DNA of 64,000 nt from the human T2T-CHM13v2.0 reference genome, Homo sapiens: assembly GCF_009914755.1 (NCBI RefSeq), contig NC_060925.1, one strand, 5' to 3'. Positions 1 through 13,607 of this stretch are shown here, piece by piece. Within the stretch, counting starts at the first letter, position 1; each line of letters begins with the position of its first letter. Made by a program: the position numbers and the translations under genes. The notes under the pieces are model-generated. The model ran no database searches, was not told the DNA's origin, and saw only the letters and a program-made list of their open reading frames with translations.

Positions 1-311
1 AAAAAAACAGCACTTTATAGGGAGCCAGGGAGCCAGAATATTTTGGTTCCAGTCCTCGCTGTGCCACTAAGTCACTAGGTGACCACAGCCAAGTCTCTTC
101 CCTCTCTTGGCTTCAGATCCCCTTCCATGTAACATGGGGCTCATTCTAGACCAGTGGTTTCGAAGGTCCCAAGGTGGCTCTGCAGAGCAAGAAGATGCTG
201 GGCAGCTGGGCTGAAGCCCCTGGTTCCTGCATCACCTGAGCTGACTCTTTTCTCTTTTGTCCATTTGACATATTAAATTTCCAGTTATTCGGTTAGGTGT
301 TAGAAAACCAC

Positions 312-449
312 CATCGGGGTGCACGCTTGTGATCCCAGCTAACCGGGAGCCTGGGGCAAGAGAATCGGAGGTTGCAGTGAGCCGAGATTGCGCCACCGCA
401 CTCCAGCCTGGGCAACAGAGTGAGACTCCATCTCAAAAAGAAAAGAAAA
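312..449 (+). mobile_element. Alu right-arm fragment with internal deletion
   Basis: GGAGGTTGCAGTGAGCCGAGATTGCGCCACCGCACTCCAGCCTGGGCAACAGAGTGAGACTCCATCTC plus A-rich tail. Confidence 0.9.
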
Positions 450-519
450 TCATCACCAGGAAGTAATGAGGAATGCCAGGTGGGTTTAGGATGGGATTGG
501 CAAGTCAAATCCATGGGGA

Positions 520-1383
<864 letters not shown>

Positions 1384-1594
1384 TAGCCTCTCTCACATGG
1401 CTCAGGGAGAGATGAGTCTCCAGGAGCTCAAGCTTCCCCAGCATGAAGCCACGCAGCTCATGCTGACAGTCTGGCAGGCAGCCACCTCCACATTGGACTG
1501 TGGGACTCTGATGAGCTGGGACTGTATGTTGTTCATCTCCTGGTCCCCAGTGCCAGCACAAGTTCAACTCAGTGTATGTTCAACAAAGCTAAAA

Positions 1595-1840
1595 GTTCAG
1601 GCCCTGGAGCCAACCTGTCCGTGTTCAAATTCAGACTCTACCTCTATTTGCTGTGTAACCGTAGGCTAGTAACTACACCTTTCTGAGTCGCAGTTTCTCA
1701 CCAGTAAAACACAGCTAATAAAAGTACTCATCTTCTAGGATTGCTGTGAGGATTTAAAAAAATAGTGTATATAAAGTGCTTAACACAGGATGTGGCACTT
1801 GGTGAATACTCAATACAGATTAGCTGTCATTATTATTACT
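1595..1840 (+). mobile_element. MIR SINE
   Basis: GTTCAAATTCAGACTCTACC...CAGTTTCTCACCAGTAAAA...GTGAGGATTTAA...AAAGTGCTTAACACAG, MIR core and tail. Confidence 0.75.
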
Positions 1841-2132
1841 ACTATTACAGCAACCCACACTGACTTCTGAACCAACTTCACAAAGTCATGGGGTCTTGCA
1901 TCTGGAAGGACCTCAGTTTCAAATAAGGAAACTGAGACTCAGAGAGGCTAAGAGACTTGACCAAGGCCACACAGGTACTAAGAGACTAAACTGAGACTAA
2001 ATTTCCCACAGCAGCATTATTTCCTCTGCAAGCCTCCCTGAATCCTTTCTCATCTGCCCACTCATTCCAGCTTTGAATCACACATAATTTTGTTTTATTG
2101 CTTAACTTCTCATCTCTGAGTATGCAGGAGCA

Positions 2133-2368
2133 TGTGTGTGTTTGTGTGCATGTGTATGAATGCACACAGGTTTGAGAGCTATTGGGTCTTGGTTGTGTGT
2201 GTGTGTGTTTCTATGCATGCTCAGATGTGTGCACTTATTTTCCTGTGTGGGGTGGGGTACCCACATGCATTTGTATGGTGTGTGGATGAGTGTGAGCACG
2301 TGCCTGTGCACATGGGGTTAAGTGTGGGTCCCTGTGGGAAGGCTGCACTACATGCATGTCCGTGTGTA
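2133..2368. repeat. Degenerate (TG)n/TGCA-rich simple repeat
   Basis: tgtgtgtg/tgcatg runs throughout. Confidence 0.8.
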
Positions 2369-2744
2369 TAACTGGGGTGAGTTTCCTCCCTAAAATGATG
2401 GTAAGATCATGGAGGGTAGGGCTGTGTCCTTCACTTCTTGGTATCCTCACAGAGCCCAGCAGAGTGCCTAGCACAAAGTAGGCCTCAATAAACAGGAGTG
2501 GAGTGGCGTGGAATGAGGCATATGTCCCTTGAGAAAGCAGAAAGGATTTCCGCCTCTTCAGCAGCCTCTTCTACCGAGCTCAGCAGTTCCAGGAGGGGTG
2601 CTCCCTCAAGGCCCCCTCCAGCTGGGCCATCCCTGCCTTCCCTGAATCAGGGGTGAATGCAGAGCAGCTGGCCGGAGTCCTCCCCGAGGGGTGAAACAAG
2701 TGGGTGCGCAGGGGCACACCCCCAGCCTGAGGGTGGTTTCTTAA

Positions 2745-3150
2745 GCGGCAGTAAAGGAAACAAAAGATGAAATACATCAGCCATTGGCAGGCATAAAAAG
2801 AACAAAATCGCTCAGCAGAAAGCCGCGTGCTATCCATCATCCGGCCCTTCTCCACTTCAGCTGCCGAAGCAAGAGAGTTTTTTTAATGCCCTCCAATTCA
2901 TTTGCATTCGTACAGCCACTCTTTTATGGTATCAGGGGTTGCCAAGAAGATCTGAGCGGTTTTTTAAAGACGTTGATAAACCATTTCCGCCAGGGAATAA
3001 AAGTTTTTTTGGGAAAAGGGAAAAGAAAGTTTTCCGAAATCATGCATTCCGTCTGCAGAGTGACGGGTAAGTGATTCCGCAGATGTATTGGCCCCATAAA
3101 ACTGAGCAAGGAGTTTGGCCCAAATGTGCTCTGTGCTGGCGAGATGAGCA
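2745..3150. promoter_or_regulatory. Candidate conserved enhancer (HOX/CDX, octamer, GATA motifs; CpG-retaining)
   Basis: CATAAAA 2792, ATTTGCAT 2900, TTTTATGG 2922, TGATAA 2974, CCATAAAA 3094; many CpGs in moderate-GC unique sequence. Confidence 0.5.
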
Positions 3151-4353
3151 GTTCATTCATTTTGCAGCTGAGTTGAGACCTAAAACTTTGCAAGAGAGTC
3201 ACTGAGAAGAGCTTCAAAGGTAGCCTACATCTTTAATATGACCAGGGCTTGTGACCCCTGAGACACATACACGCCATCAGGTTCCCTGAGCCTTACAGCC
3301 ACCTTCAGAAACTCCCACTGGCTTGGAAAGTATAGCTGTAAGTCATCTAACAGAGGGTGATTTTCCTTCCCTTCCCTGGGTCCAAAAGCCTAAGCACCTT
3401 GATAGGTGATCCCTATTCTCTTGTAACACTTGACTAGGCTTTTCCGCATAACTGACTTTGCAGCTAAACTCTGGCTTCATGACCCAGAGCAAGCCCCTTC
3501 TGCAGTCTGAGCTTCTATTTCTGCATTAACCAAGTGAACATATGGGTCTACGTTTGGTCCGCTGAAGGAGTCAAGTATTATCATCCCTGTGTTATAGATA
3601 ACTGAGGCCCAGAGAAGAGAAGTCACTTGTCTAAGAGCAGACGCCTGGTAAAGGCAGGGGCAGGACTTGAATGTGGGCTTCCTGATCCTCAGGTAATGGC
3701 TTTCTCCTTACTCTCTTCCACATTTACTAAACACATGCTATGCATCAGGCAGTTGTCCATTGTCTCCCTGCATTCTCAGAACCTGGGGGCAGGAGAGAGG
3801 GACAGATGGAACAATGCCTGGGTACCCTAGTCCTATTGTGAGAACTGCAGATCTCCTCAAAAGACCTCTCAACCAAAGGAGCATAAAGCACCCCACTCTT
3901 AATCCCAAGTGAGAAGTTCCAGATCTTCTCTTAGTCTGAGTTTTATACTCATCATCAGTGTCCACACACGAAGGCATAGTAGATAACATAACTTCTGGAT
4001 ATGTTTGTCTGACCAGCACCAAAAAGACCCCTCTGCCCCTGAAATAGCTTCATTCCCACCATTAGTCACACCTGTGGGTCAAGGCATGAAGGCACAGTTA
4101 AAACTGAAGTGACATCTCATTGAAAGAGGACAATAACAACTCTCTGCTCCTCCTTGGTCAGTTGCCCAAAAGGGCCAGAGGCAACGTTTTAAGGACAAGA
4201 GTCTCTGAAAGATGAAGAGGTTGAGAGCACCTATTATGGGCCTCTGGGTACCTAGTGCTGGTGGGATAGGAGAGATTGAAATGGAAAAGGGTGCCAATGG
4301 CGAGAAAGTCAGCATTCTGGCAGCAGAAGCAGCTAATAACAGTAATGAACACT

Positions 4354-4790
<437 letters not shown>

Positions 4791-6345
4791 GGACATTACA
4801 TATTGAACTCTTACTGTGGCACCATCATTGACCCATTTTATCTCATTTGGCCTTCACAGTAACATGCTAGGAGGTAATTCCTAATCACCTCGTTTACAGA
4901 AAAATAAAACTAAGGCTCAGAGAGGTTAAGTAACATGCTCAAGGTCACATACATAGTATGTTAATGTAGAGCCAGGATTTAAGTCCTACAATCCAACTTC
5001 AGTGCTATACTTCACCCAGCTCAGTGCAGTACCACGTCATAGGATCACAGGTTGGGACAGATGTCGGTGCCCTGCCCACATCCCCTCAGAGTCAAATGCC
5101 TGCTAGCGACCCTTAAGGGCCTGCTCCATGAACTGTTTCCCCCGAGCATTTTCAAAACCTAATTCATCATCTTCTCCTCCACTCCACAAACTCCTGTATC
5201 TGTGTCCTGTATTCCAAGGCAACCTGGCAGTCAAACTCGACTCCTCCCTCTCCCTCCCTCTCACATCTGATCATTCACTAAGCCCTGTCTCATCCAGCCT
5301 CTATCAGCCTTCTCCTCCCTGGGCCTAACAGGGCTCATTGACTGTCATTCCCATTTTCCCCTCTGGAAGGTGCCAAGGACCTGGGGCTTCCCACCCAGGC
5401 ATTCGCAGGCCCTGGAATGGGATCCTCCACCTCCTGCCCCACTGATCGTGGATCAGGAAATAGTCTGCGCAGCATCTTGCAGCAGGACCTGGGTCCTGAC
5501 ACTTCCCAGCTTGTCCACTTGGGCAAATGCCTTTCTTTCCAGGCCTATTTTCTCATATGAAACCTCCATCTGCCAGCTAGAGAGCCCAGAGGTAGATAAG
5601 AGCTGGTCTTGCCTTTGAGAGAGGCTCAGAGAATACCAGCAAGACAGACATGTTCAGAGAATACCAGCAAGACAGTTAAAATAGTCTAATAAGCTTCTAG
5701 AAGAGAAGTGTATGAAACAGAAAGGGCACAAAGGAGGGAGCAATTAGGTGATTAATAATGGCAACTATGGTTTATTGATTATCTTTAATGTGCTGGGCAT
5801 TTTACTTATATGAGTTCATCCAATCCTTATGTTAAGTCTTCCAAGAAGGCATAATTACCCTACTGCATAGTAGAAAACACAGGTTTACAGAAGTGACTTT
5901 CTCAAAGCTACAGCCAGGCTGCCAAGGTTTCCAACACTCCTCTTCTTCCTATGCTCACAATACAGTCTCATCCATGACCTCCCTCCAGTGGTGTCAGCCT
6001 CAGTTTCCCCATTTACCCTAAGAAAGATTAGCACACGGTAATCTCTCTGTGGCCTTCACTTTCTCATCTGTAAGAGGGGGATAATACTAAAACCTACTAC
6101 AAAGGTTGGCACTAAGGACCTAAAGGAGTTAATACATTGAAAGCATTCAGAGCAGCAGCACTCTGAAAAGCATTCAGAGTCAGGGTTATGTGGATGATAT
6201 ATCATTTTTAGTAATGTTATTGTTATTATCTCCAAAAGCACCATCTTACCATAATCCGGCAGACCACTTAGGCTCACCCAGGAGCCCATTGTCTATGTCA
6301 AATAATGCAGATGAGTCTCCTGCCCTGCATGAGCTCCATCTAAAT

Positions 6346-6668
6346 CAGTGATCTCCAACCTTTTTGGCACCAGGGACTGGTTTTGTGGAAGACAATTTTT
6401 CCATGGACTTGGGGTGGGAATGATGGTTTCGGGATGAAACTGTTCCACCTCAGATTGTCAGGCATTAGATTCTCATAAGGAGCGTGCAACCTAGATCCCT
6501 CACATGTACAGTTCACAATAGGGTTTGTGTTTCTATGAGAACGTACTGCCACCACTGATCTGACAGGAGGTGGAGCTCAGGCAAGTAACGCTCACTTGCC
6601 CACCATTTACCTCCTGCTGTGTGGCCTTGTTCCTAATAGGCCATGGACCAGTAGGTTGGGGTCCCCTG
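6346..6668. mobile_element. MER1B-like hAT-Charlie MITE
   Basis: termini CAGTGATCTCCAACC...GGTTGGGGTCCCCTG; 8-bp TSD ATCTAAAT/GTCTAAAT; internal GGATGAAACTGTTCCACCTCAGAT. Confidence 0.9.
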
Positions 6669-7169
6669 GTCTAAATTGAAGTCCCCAACCCCTCCCAGTC
6701 CACCAGCTCTTTCCCCAACCCCAACTTTGAACAGGCCTCTCACAAACCCCCATTTCCACCATCACTGGGGGCCCCCCCAGACCCTTCATTTTCCCAGCCA
6801 AGAAAAGGGAAGCCAGAGGGGCCTTGCAGAGGCCAATGGAAAAAGGGGAAGGATTATTTTTCCCCTGGGATCTCGGGAAGTGGTAAAATGTATGCTTGCG
6901 GCTTATGAACAAAAGCCCTTCTGCTTCCAGGAGTGCTGGGTGTTGGCAGCTATATCACGGGCCAGCCAAGAGACTCTGTCAGAAACTGCCCATTCCTGGT
7001 GAATTTCAATGAGGAACCCTTTCTGTGGGGAGGAGAAAAGCCATCGTTTAAAAGGTGAAGGCTGCTTTCACTTGGCAAGATATGATGATAGAGCAAATGC
7101 TGCCTTAGGGTAGGGAGAGGGGGCTGGAGGTCTTCACCCACTGCAAGTTACACACAGTGCATGTCAGCA

Positions 7170-8270
7170 AGTTCCCTGCTTTGTGATTTGTCTTAGGTTG
7201 GGTGCTAAGATGCAGGGATGCATGGAACACTGTTGCACAAGTAAACAGGTAATTACTAGACAGAGCAAAACAGAGTTAAAGATTTCAGGATACAGACATG
7301 CACAGGAAGCTGGTGGAGTGAGGGAAGGGGCAGTGGAAATTCCAAACCCAACATGGAACAGATAGAACTTCACAGAGCAGACAACGTTTGAGAAAGGTAT
7401 TGAAAGAAGAGTCCACTAGGCAGAGAAAAAGGCTGGGAGAGGGAAGTAGATGAGGCATTCTAGACAGAAGAAATAGCATGCACCAGGACAAGATTGCCTG
7501 GGAAAGTCTGGAATATCAGGAAATGGTGCATTGCAAGATCTTGTTAGAGCACAGGGGAATGGTAAGGAGTGAAACTGGAAAAGAAGTCAGGGCCAGACTG
7601 CAAATGGCTATCTATGCCATGGTTTTCATCTATATATGGATTTCCTCTTTTAAAGGACTGAAGGATTTCAAAAAGGGGTGTAATATGTGCATTGTATGTT
7701 TGAGGAAGTATAGTGCATGGATTAGAAGGGTTGTAAGAATGGAGACAAGAAATAGTTAAGATGAAATTGGAAATCATTCTCAGTAAACTATCGCAAGAAC
7801 AAAAAACCAAACACCGCATATTCTCACTCATAGTGGGAATTGAACAATGAGAACACATGGACACAGGAAGGGGAACATCACACTCTGGGGACTGTTGTGG
7901 GGTGGGGGGACGGGGGAGGGATAGCATTGGGAGATATACCTAATGCTAGATGACGAGTTACTGGGTGCAGCGCACCAGCATGGCACATGTATACATATGT
8001 AACTAACTTGTACATTGTGCACATGTACCCTAAAACTTAAAGTATAATAATAAATAAATAAATAGAAAAAAAAAAGAGAGACTCTTGGCAGTTCCAGACT
8101 AGAGGTAATGAGGGTCTGATCTGGGATCCCTAAAGTGAGCCTGGGATGAGAACAAAGATGCTGCAGACATTTTAGCTGAAGAATGGGCAAATTAGTATGG
8201 GGGAATAAAGAAGGAGACCTAGGATCACCCTCAGGGGTACATCTTGGCTAACCAGATGGATGGTGTCTGA
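7170..8270 (-). mobile_element. L2 LINE relic interrupted by L1PA
   Basis: GGCATTCTAGACAGAAGAAATAGCATGCAC..., continuing past the L1 as GGCAGTTCCAGACTAGAGGTAATGAG. Confidence 0.6.
7760..8075 (+). mobile_element. Young 5'-truncated L1PA (L1PA2/3-like) 3' end
   Basis: near-consensus ORF2 end and 3'UTR; GCTAGATGACGAGTTA (GAG, not the Ta ACA); G-rich tract 7897-7920; CTTAAAGTATAATAA and polyA. Confidence 0.95.
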
Positions 8271-8376
8271 GGATTCTCCAAGACCAACAGAGAGGCCTGG
8301 CATTCTAGGCCAGCTAGGATGTGGGATCTGAGACCGGCAAGGGATGAGTCTAGAGCCCAACCCATATCACCTGCAG

Positions 8377-8569
8377 CTAGGATGGCAAATATATTTCATC
8401 CTACATGCCAACTCTGATGGATTGGTGGTGTCTACCTAAATTACTATTTGAGAAGGATTATAAGACCATATCTGGGCCCAGTGGGGATGAACGCTGTGAT
8501 TGATTAGCAGAGTGTCATGGGTGCTGGGTCAGGAGGGGTAGTACATGTATCTCATGCTTGCTTTCCCTG
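8377..8569. mobile_element. hAT-Charlie-type MITE (MER117-like)
   Basis: inverted termini TAGGATGGCAAATA...TGCTTTCCCTG; internal TTGAGAAGGATT. Confidence 0.45.
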
Positions 8570-9214
8570 TACTGCATACTCAGACTGCCTGCTGAGAATT
8601 AGTGAGATTAGTCTTGGGTGTCTCTCAATCAGCCCAGTTAACAGAGAGCAGCAGATGCACACAGGAGATGAGCAGCTATGCTGGAAGACATGAAGCTGAC
8701 AGCCATGTTATGTGGACCTGCAGCTAGTCTATAGGAGCACCAGTAGGCATCTCCATCCCTGAGAATCAGTGCTGGCCCTTGCATGACTGGTCCCTGGCAT
8801 CCTGAATGGTATCTTAGAGACCCTCCTGGGAAACCCACGCAATGCGCCAGACACTGACCAGCTACTTGAGCATGGATACTGCCCAAGGGTACAGAAGTTG
8901 TGTCAAGAGGTAGAAGCCAGAAAAACTCAGGTTGGAAATTCTTTACCTAGGATCCATGGATAAGCTACAGGAGGTCTGTAAACCCCTCAAAATCATGCAC
9001 AAGTTGTTCTTAGTATGTGCATTTTTGTCAGTCTCTCAAACAGATCCCTGCCCCACAATAAATGATTTTAATCACCACTCAAGATGAAGTAACACTAGTG
9101 AATTCTGCTAAGGTGAGGGAGGTGAAGCACCTGTATCTCAACAGGAGGTGAACTTCCAGGGGTGTCACCTGATTATGCAGCCAGCACAATCCACTTAGCC
9201 TTAAAAAGTGTCCT

Positions 9215-9461
9215 CCAGACCACTTGAGTCCAGGAGTTCAAGACTAGCCTGGGCAACATGGCAAGATCCTGTCGCTATAAAAAAAAATTTTTTTTTAATT
9301 AGCCAGGCATAGTAGTACAAACCTGTGGTCCCAGCTATTCAGGAGGCTGAGGCAGGAAGATCGCTTGAGCCCAGGAGGTTGAGGCTGCAGTGAGCTAAAG
9401 ATCGCACCACTGCACTCCAGACTAGGTGACAGAGTGAGACTCTGACTCCAAAAAGAAAAAG
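9215..9461 (+). mobile_element. 5'-truncated AluJ
   Basis: 12-bp TSD AAAAAGTGTCCT at 9203-9214 and 9462-9473. Confidence 0.92.
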
Positions 9462-9880
9462 AAAAAGTGTCCTAAAATCTGGGATGCAAACTTGGGGCTA
9501 CTTTTGACTAGCTTGGGAATCCAGGAAGGCATTTTTTCTGCAAAGAATGTTCTTAGTTTTTGGTAATCTCTCAAAGAGATTCGTGCCAAAAAAAAAAAAA
9601 AAAGCTTCTACCACTGCTCCAAGTGGAAAACAATGCTATCTATGATCAAATAACCAAGGAGGTTTGTGGCAATAAAACTTTACCTCCCTTGAGCTGGGAG
9701 AAGAGCTAGGATTGGCCACACCTGAAGACACTATTCATCCCAAGGAAACTGTGGCAGGTAAGGAAGACACTTTGGACATTACATTGGGATCCTGGACTGG
9801 TGGAAACTCCTGAAAACTATTAGGCTTAGGAAATTGTATCTGATGAAAGTTCAGAGATGTGGGTCATGATTGGAAAATAG

Positions 9881-10153
9881 GGCTGGATGCAGTGGCTCAT
9901 GCCTGTAATCCCAACACTTTGGGAGGCCAAGTCGGGAGGATCACTTGAGGCCAGGAGACAAGCCTGAGCAACATAGCATGACCTCATCTCTATAAAAAGT
10001 TTTAAAATGAGCTGGGCATGGTGGCACACATGTGTAGTACCAGCTACTTGGGAGGCTGAAGCCAGAGGATTGCCTGCGCCCAGGGGTTTGAAGTTATAGT
10101 GAGCTATATCACACCATTGCACCCCAGCCTCAGTGACAGAGAGAGACCTTGTC

Positions 10154-10185
<32 letters not shown>
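9881..10185 (+). mobile_element. AluJ
   Basis: diverged dimeric Alu with long polyA. Confidence 0.92.
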
Positions 10186-10188
<3 letters not shown>

Positions 10189-10289
10189 GGGAAATGGGAT
10201 GCATGGCCTGGGTTGGCAGCCTTAGCTGTGATGCAAAGGCGCTGCAACCCTGTCCTTCAGAGCACCTATGTCTACTTATAAATACACAC

Positions 10290-10495
10290 TCATTGGTGTG
10301 TTAATGTATTATCTGTCTGCCCCATAAGTCTCTCAGCTCTAGGACAGCAAGGACTGTGTCTGATTTTGCTTCTACTGTCACCTGGCAGAATCTTGGGCAC
10401 AGAGTAGATATATTCAATAAATACTTGTTGAATGAAGAACTGGGTAGCTGAATGGATAGATGAATGGATGAATGGATGGATGGGTGGGTGGGCAG
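10290..10495 (+). mobile_element. L2 3' end with (GGAT/GAAT)n tail
   Basis: GGCACAGAGTAGATATATTCAATAAATACTTGTTGAATGAA. Confidence 0.75.
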
Positions 10496-10586
10496 GTGGC
10501 TGGGCAAGCCAAGGTCATCCATCTGAAAGGCAGAAACTAAAAAAAAAAAAAAACTAAACCAAATGCCTCATGGGTTTGGCATTTGG

Positions 10587-10800
10587 GAGGCAATGTAGTA
10601 TAGTGCTCAGAGAACAGAGTTTGCAGACTTTGCTTATTTAGTGTATGATCCTAGGCAAAATATTTAACCTCTGTCTCAGTTTTCTCATCTGTAAAATAGA
10701 GATAATAGTTCCTGCTTCATAGAGCTACTATGAAGATTAAATGAATTGATACATCTACAGCACTTAAATAGTACCTGACACATCATAAGCACTAGGCAAT
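10587..10800 (+). mobile_element. MIR SINE
   Basis: GGCAAAATATTTAACCTCTGTCTCAGTTTTCTCATCTGTAAAATAGAGATAATAGT. Confidence 0.8.
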
Positions 10801-12289
10801 AAGTCAAAGAAACTTAAAAAAATACATGGAGAATCTAGATAAAAGGCAAAGGGATACAGAGGGTAGCAAGGGGGCTGAAAGCTAAAAGTGAGAAATGGGG
10901 GCTTCAATGTCATCTTCTAAGGTGACAGTGGCTCACCCATGGCACCTTAGACAAATCCATCCGGGGTACTGAACGAGGCCTGGACAAGAGTGATTGTTTT
11001 TTGTTTGTTTGGTTGACTGGTGTTATTGTTTGTTTGTTTGTTTGTTTTGGTTCACGGGGGTAAGAGCAAGGTTAGAGGAAAATGAGCTGATTTTGAGACA
11101 TGATGTGGACGTCTGCATGGGGGTGTCCAGTAGGAAAGCCTGAGTTCAGGAGGAAGATTTCAATGGGCTTAATCTTGCTGGGGAAAGTCAGTTCTGCTCT
11201 CAGATGTAAGGAAACAGTGTAAGAAAAAACCACCCTCTAAGTCCTCTCCACTCAAGTGGTCTGTACTCCAGCACTCAGGCTGCTGAACTCAGGCCCCTTC
11301 TGCACCCTCCTCAATTCCTGCCAGGATCATGGGCACTAATCCATCAGATAAACCCCCAGAGGAAGCCCCCAAGGCTCCTACCCTTTGGCCTTTGGGATTG
11401 TGTAGGGGGAAAAAATTAGTACAGGAAATTGGATCAATATCATCTTCAAATAGCCCCAGTAGACTCTTCATGCCTAGGACAGTTGGGTATCTCCAGTCCT
11501 CCAGTGTTTGATGGTGAAAGAGAAATGCATCCATGGATGGAAAAGGAGATTTTGAAGGCCTAGGATGTCAGGCTTATATAGACTGTGCCATATTCTGCTT
11601 CTCCTGGCCTATGTCCAACTAGAACACTAACCACCAAATGCCTCTCTATCCATCATTATAAATGACAATGATAACCCCTCAAAGCACAGACTGACTTCTC
11701 CACCTCCTCCAGGTGTCTTGTCAATAGTGGGAAAAGCTATGCACCTTATGTAAGGAATAGTGACTCTGATCTACAGGTCAACTCAATACAGGCATACCCA
11801 TCGTAACTTCTACCCACAAGTCAAATTATGTTAGAATCTGTTACAACTTAAAGACACCATGTCACCTTGAAAATGTTCATGTCACCTGCTATTTTGTTCC
11901 AACGTGGTAGAGTGAAGATACCATCACAGTGACAATCTTGATCTTTTCGCTAGTTCGCAGATGTGCCAACATAAGTCCATTTCTTCTAAATTTATCAAAG
12001 TGTTGACAGACAGAAAAATACCAAGCTGTCAATTGAAACACAGACCTCACTTCAGTCTTCAAGACAAATGCATTCTAAAGACGTTCTGTAGTGGAAATCG
12101 TGCTGGACTGGGAATCAACACACCCAGGTTCCAGTTCTTGGCTTGGTCATCACTGGCTGTGTGGATTTAAGAAGTCACTTTACTGCTCTGGGCCTCAGAC
12201 ACCTCATCTGCAATGTGAGAGGCTTGGGCTAGATGAAAATATGCTGAGATAAATTATAGAGCCTATAGTACTTCTCACTTTGCCCCCAC

Positions 12290-12455
12290 GCGAGTTCTCT
12301 GAGTCATCCTCTTCTGCCCTCCCCCGTTCTCACGTTGATTGGCAGCACTGCAAGCTGATTGGCCCTTTCTTCTCTGGCGATGTGGGGGATGGTGCCCTGT
12401 GTTATAAATAAATGAACAGGGTGGGGCGGGGCAAAGGGAGGGGCTGTCAGAGGCC
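12290..12455. promoter_or_regulatory. Promoter-like motif cluster (AP-1, two CCAAT boxes, TATA, GC box/G4)
   Basis: TGAGTCA 12300; TGATTGGC 12336 and 12356; TATAAA 12403; GGGGCGGGGC 12423. Confidence 0.35.
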
Positions 12456-13607
12456 CTCGGAGAGCTCATTAGTGGGGAAAGCTCCTTGACTGGGGACTTC
12501 TGATCTTCAGCCCTGATTCACTCAAGCAGTCACAAGCAAAAGGAGAGGAAAAAGAGGAGCTGGGAGAGATTCATGTGTACAGGGCACTGGGGACATGATG
12601 GAGGTGGGGACCATGACTGGGCTGAGGGGAAGCAGGGAATCCCTCCCCCAACCCAGGTCAGACTTCGCTGGCCTACTTACAATCAAGATTGGGTCCCTGG
12701 CTAGGCCCTGGCCCTAAAATATGTGCACCCCAGAGAATGACAGGATCACCCACCAACAAACTGGACTCTTGAAAGATGTGAACCCCTCAGGGAAACCCCA
12801 AATAGGTCAAAGTCATGGGCATTCCTCTGGAAACAGAGCTGGAGAGCTGTTAGAGTGACTTCTTAAAGACCACGCTAAGAAGGAGGTGTGCAAAGGCTCT
12901 TGAACAACTACAGAAATATAGGGGCTTAAGTGACTCTCAGGTAAAGGTCTCAAACTGCGGCGGGATCTGAACAACAGAAGGACGCCTCCCCAGAGCTGTC
13001 CGTGGTGCTGGAGCCTTTCCCTGAGGCTGGTTCCTGACAGCCTCCATCCTCCACACCAGCTGTCAGCCCACACTATGTCCTCTCCGACCTCAGCCAACTG
13101 CAGAGCCAGCTGCCTGCCCAGCTTCACTTCCTGCCTGACCAGGACTCCCCCCAGCCTGCCCCAATTCATGATTGCCCTGGCCTAACACCTCTGCCAGCTG
13201 CCTGCCCAGAACCATGCGGCCAGTTATGCTAACTGCTACCTACATGTGTGGTCTATTTGCCCCAGTCCTTCCCAGCCTGGCAGCCTGATTCTCCATTCAT
13301 TTCCCAAAAACACAGCTGGAGGTGGTGAATCAGCCACAGGGAGGGGCACTGGGCCTTGGCTGGGCACCCAAGAGGCCAGGCCAAAAGGTCAGATGCAGGA
13401 GAAACAGAGCCACCCCTCCACACCCACCCTGACCAGTGCACCCTAAACAGAATGGTAGAGAACAGCTTCCCAGTCCAGAAATCCTTGCCTACACATCAGC
13501 TAGCTAAATAGGAGCCCAGACCAAGCAGAAATTCCCTGGGAGTCTCCTTATTGCTCCACCCCACCACACGTGGGCTCACAAATTCTGTCTTTAAGGGGTT
13601 TGGGAGG

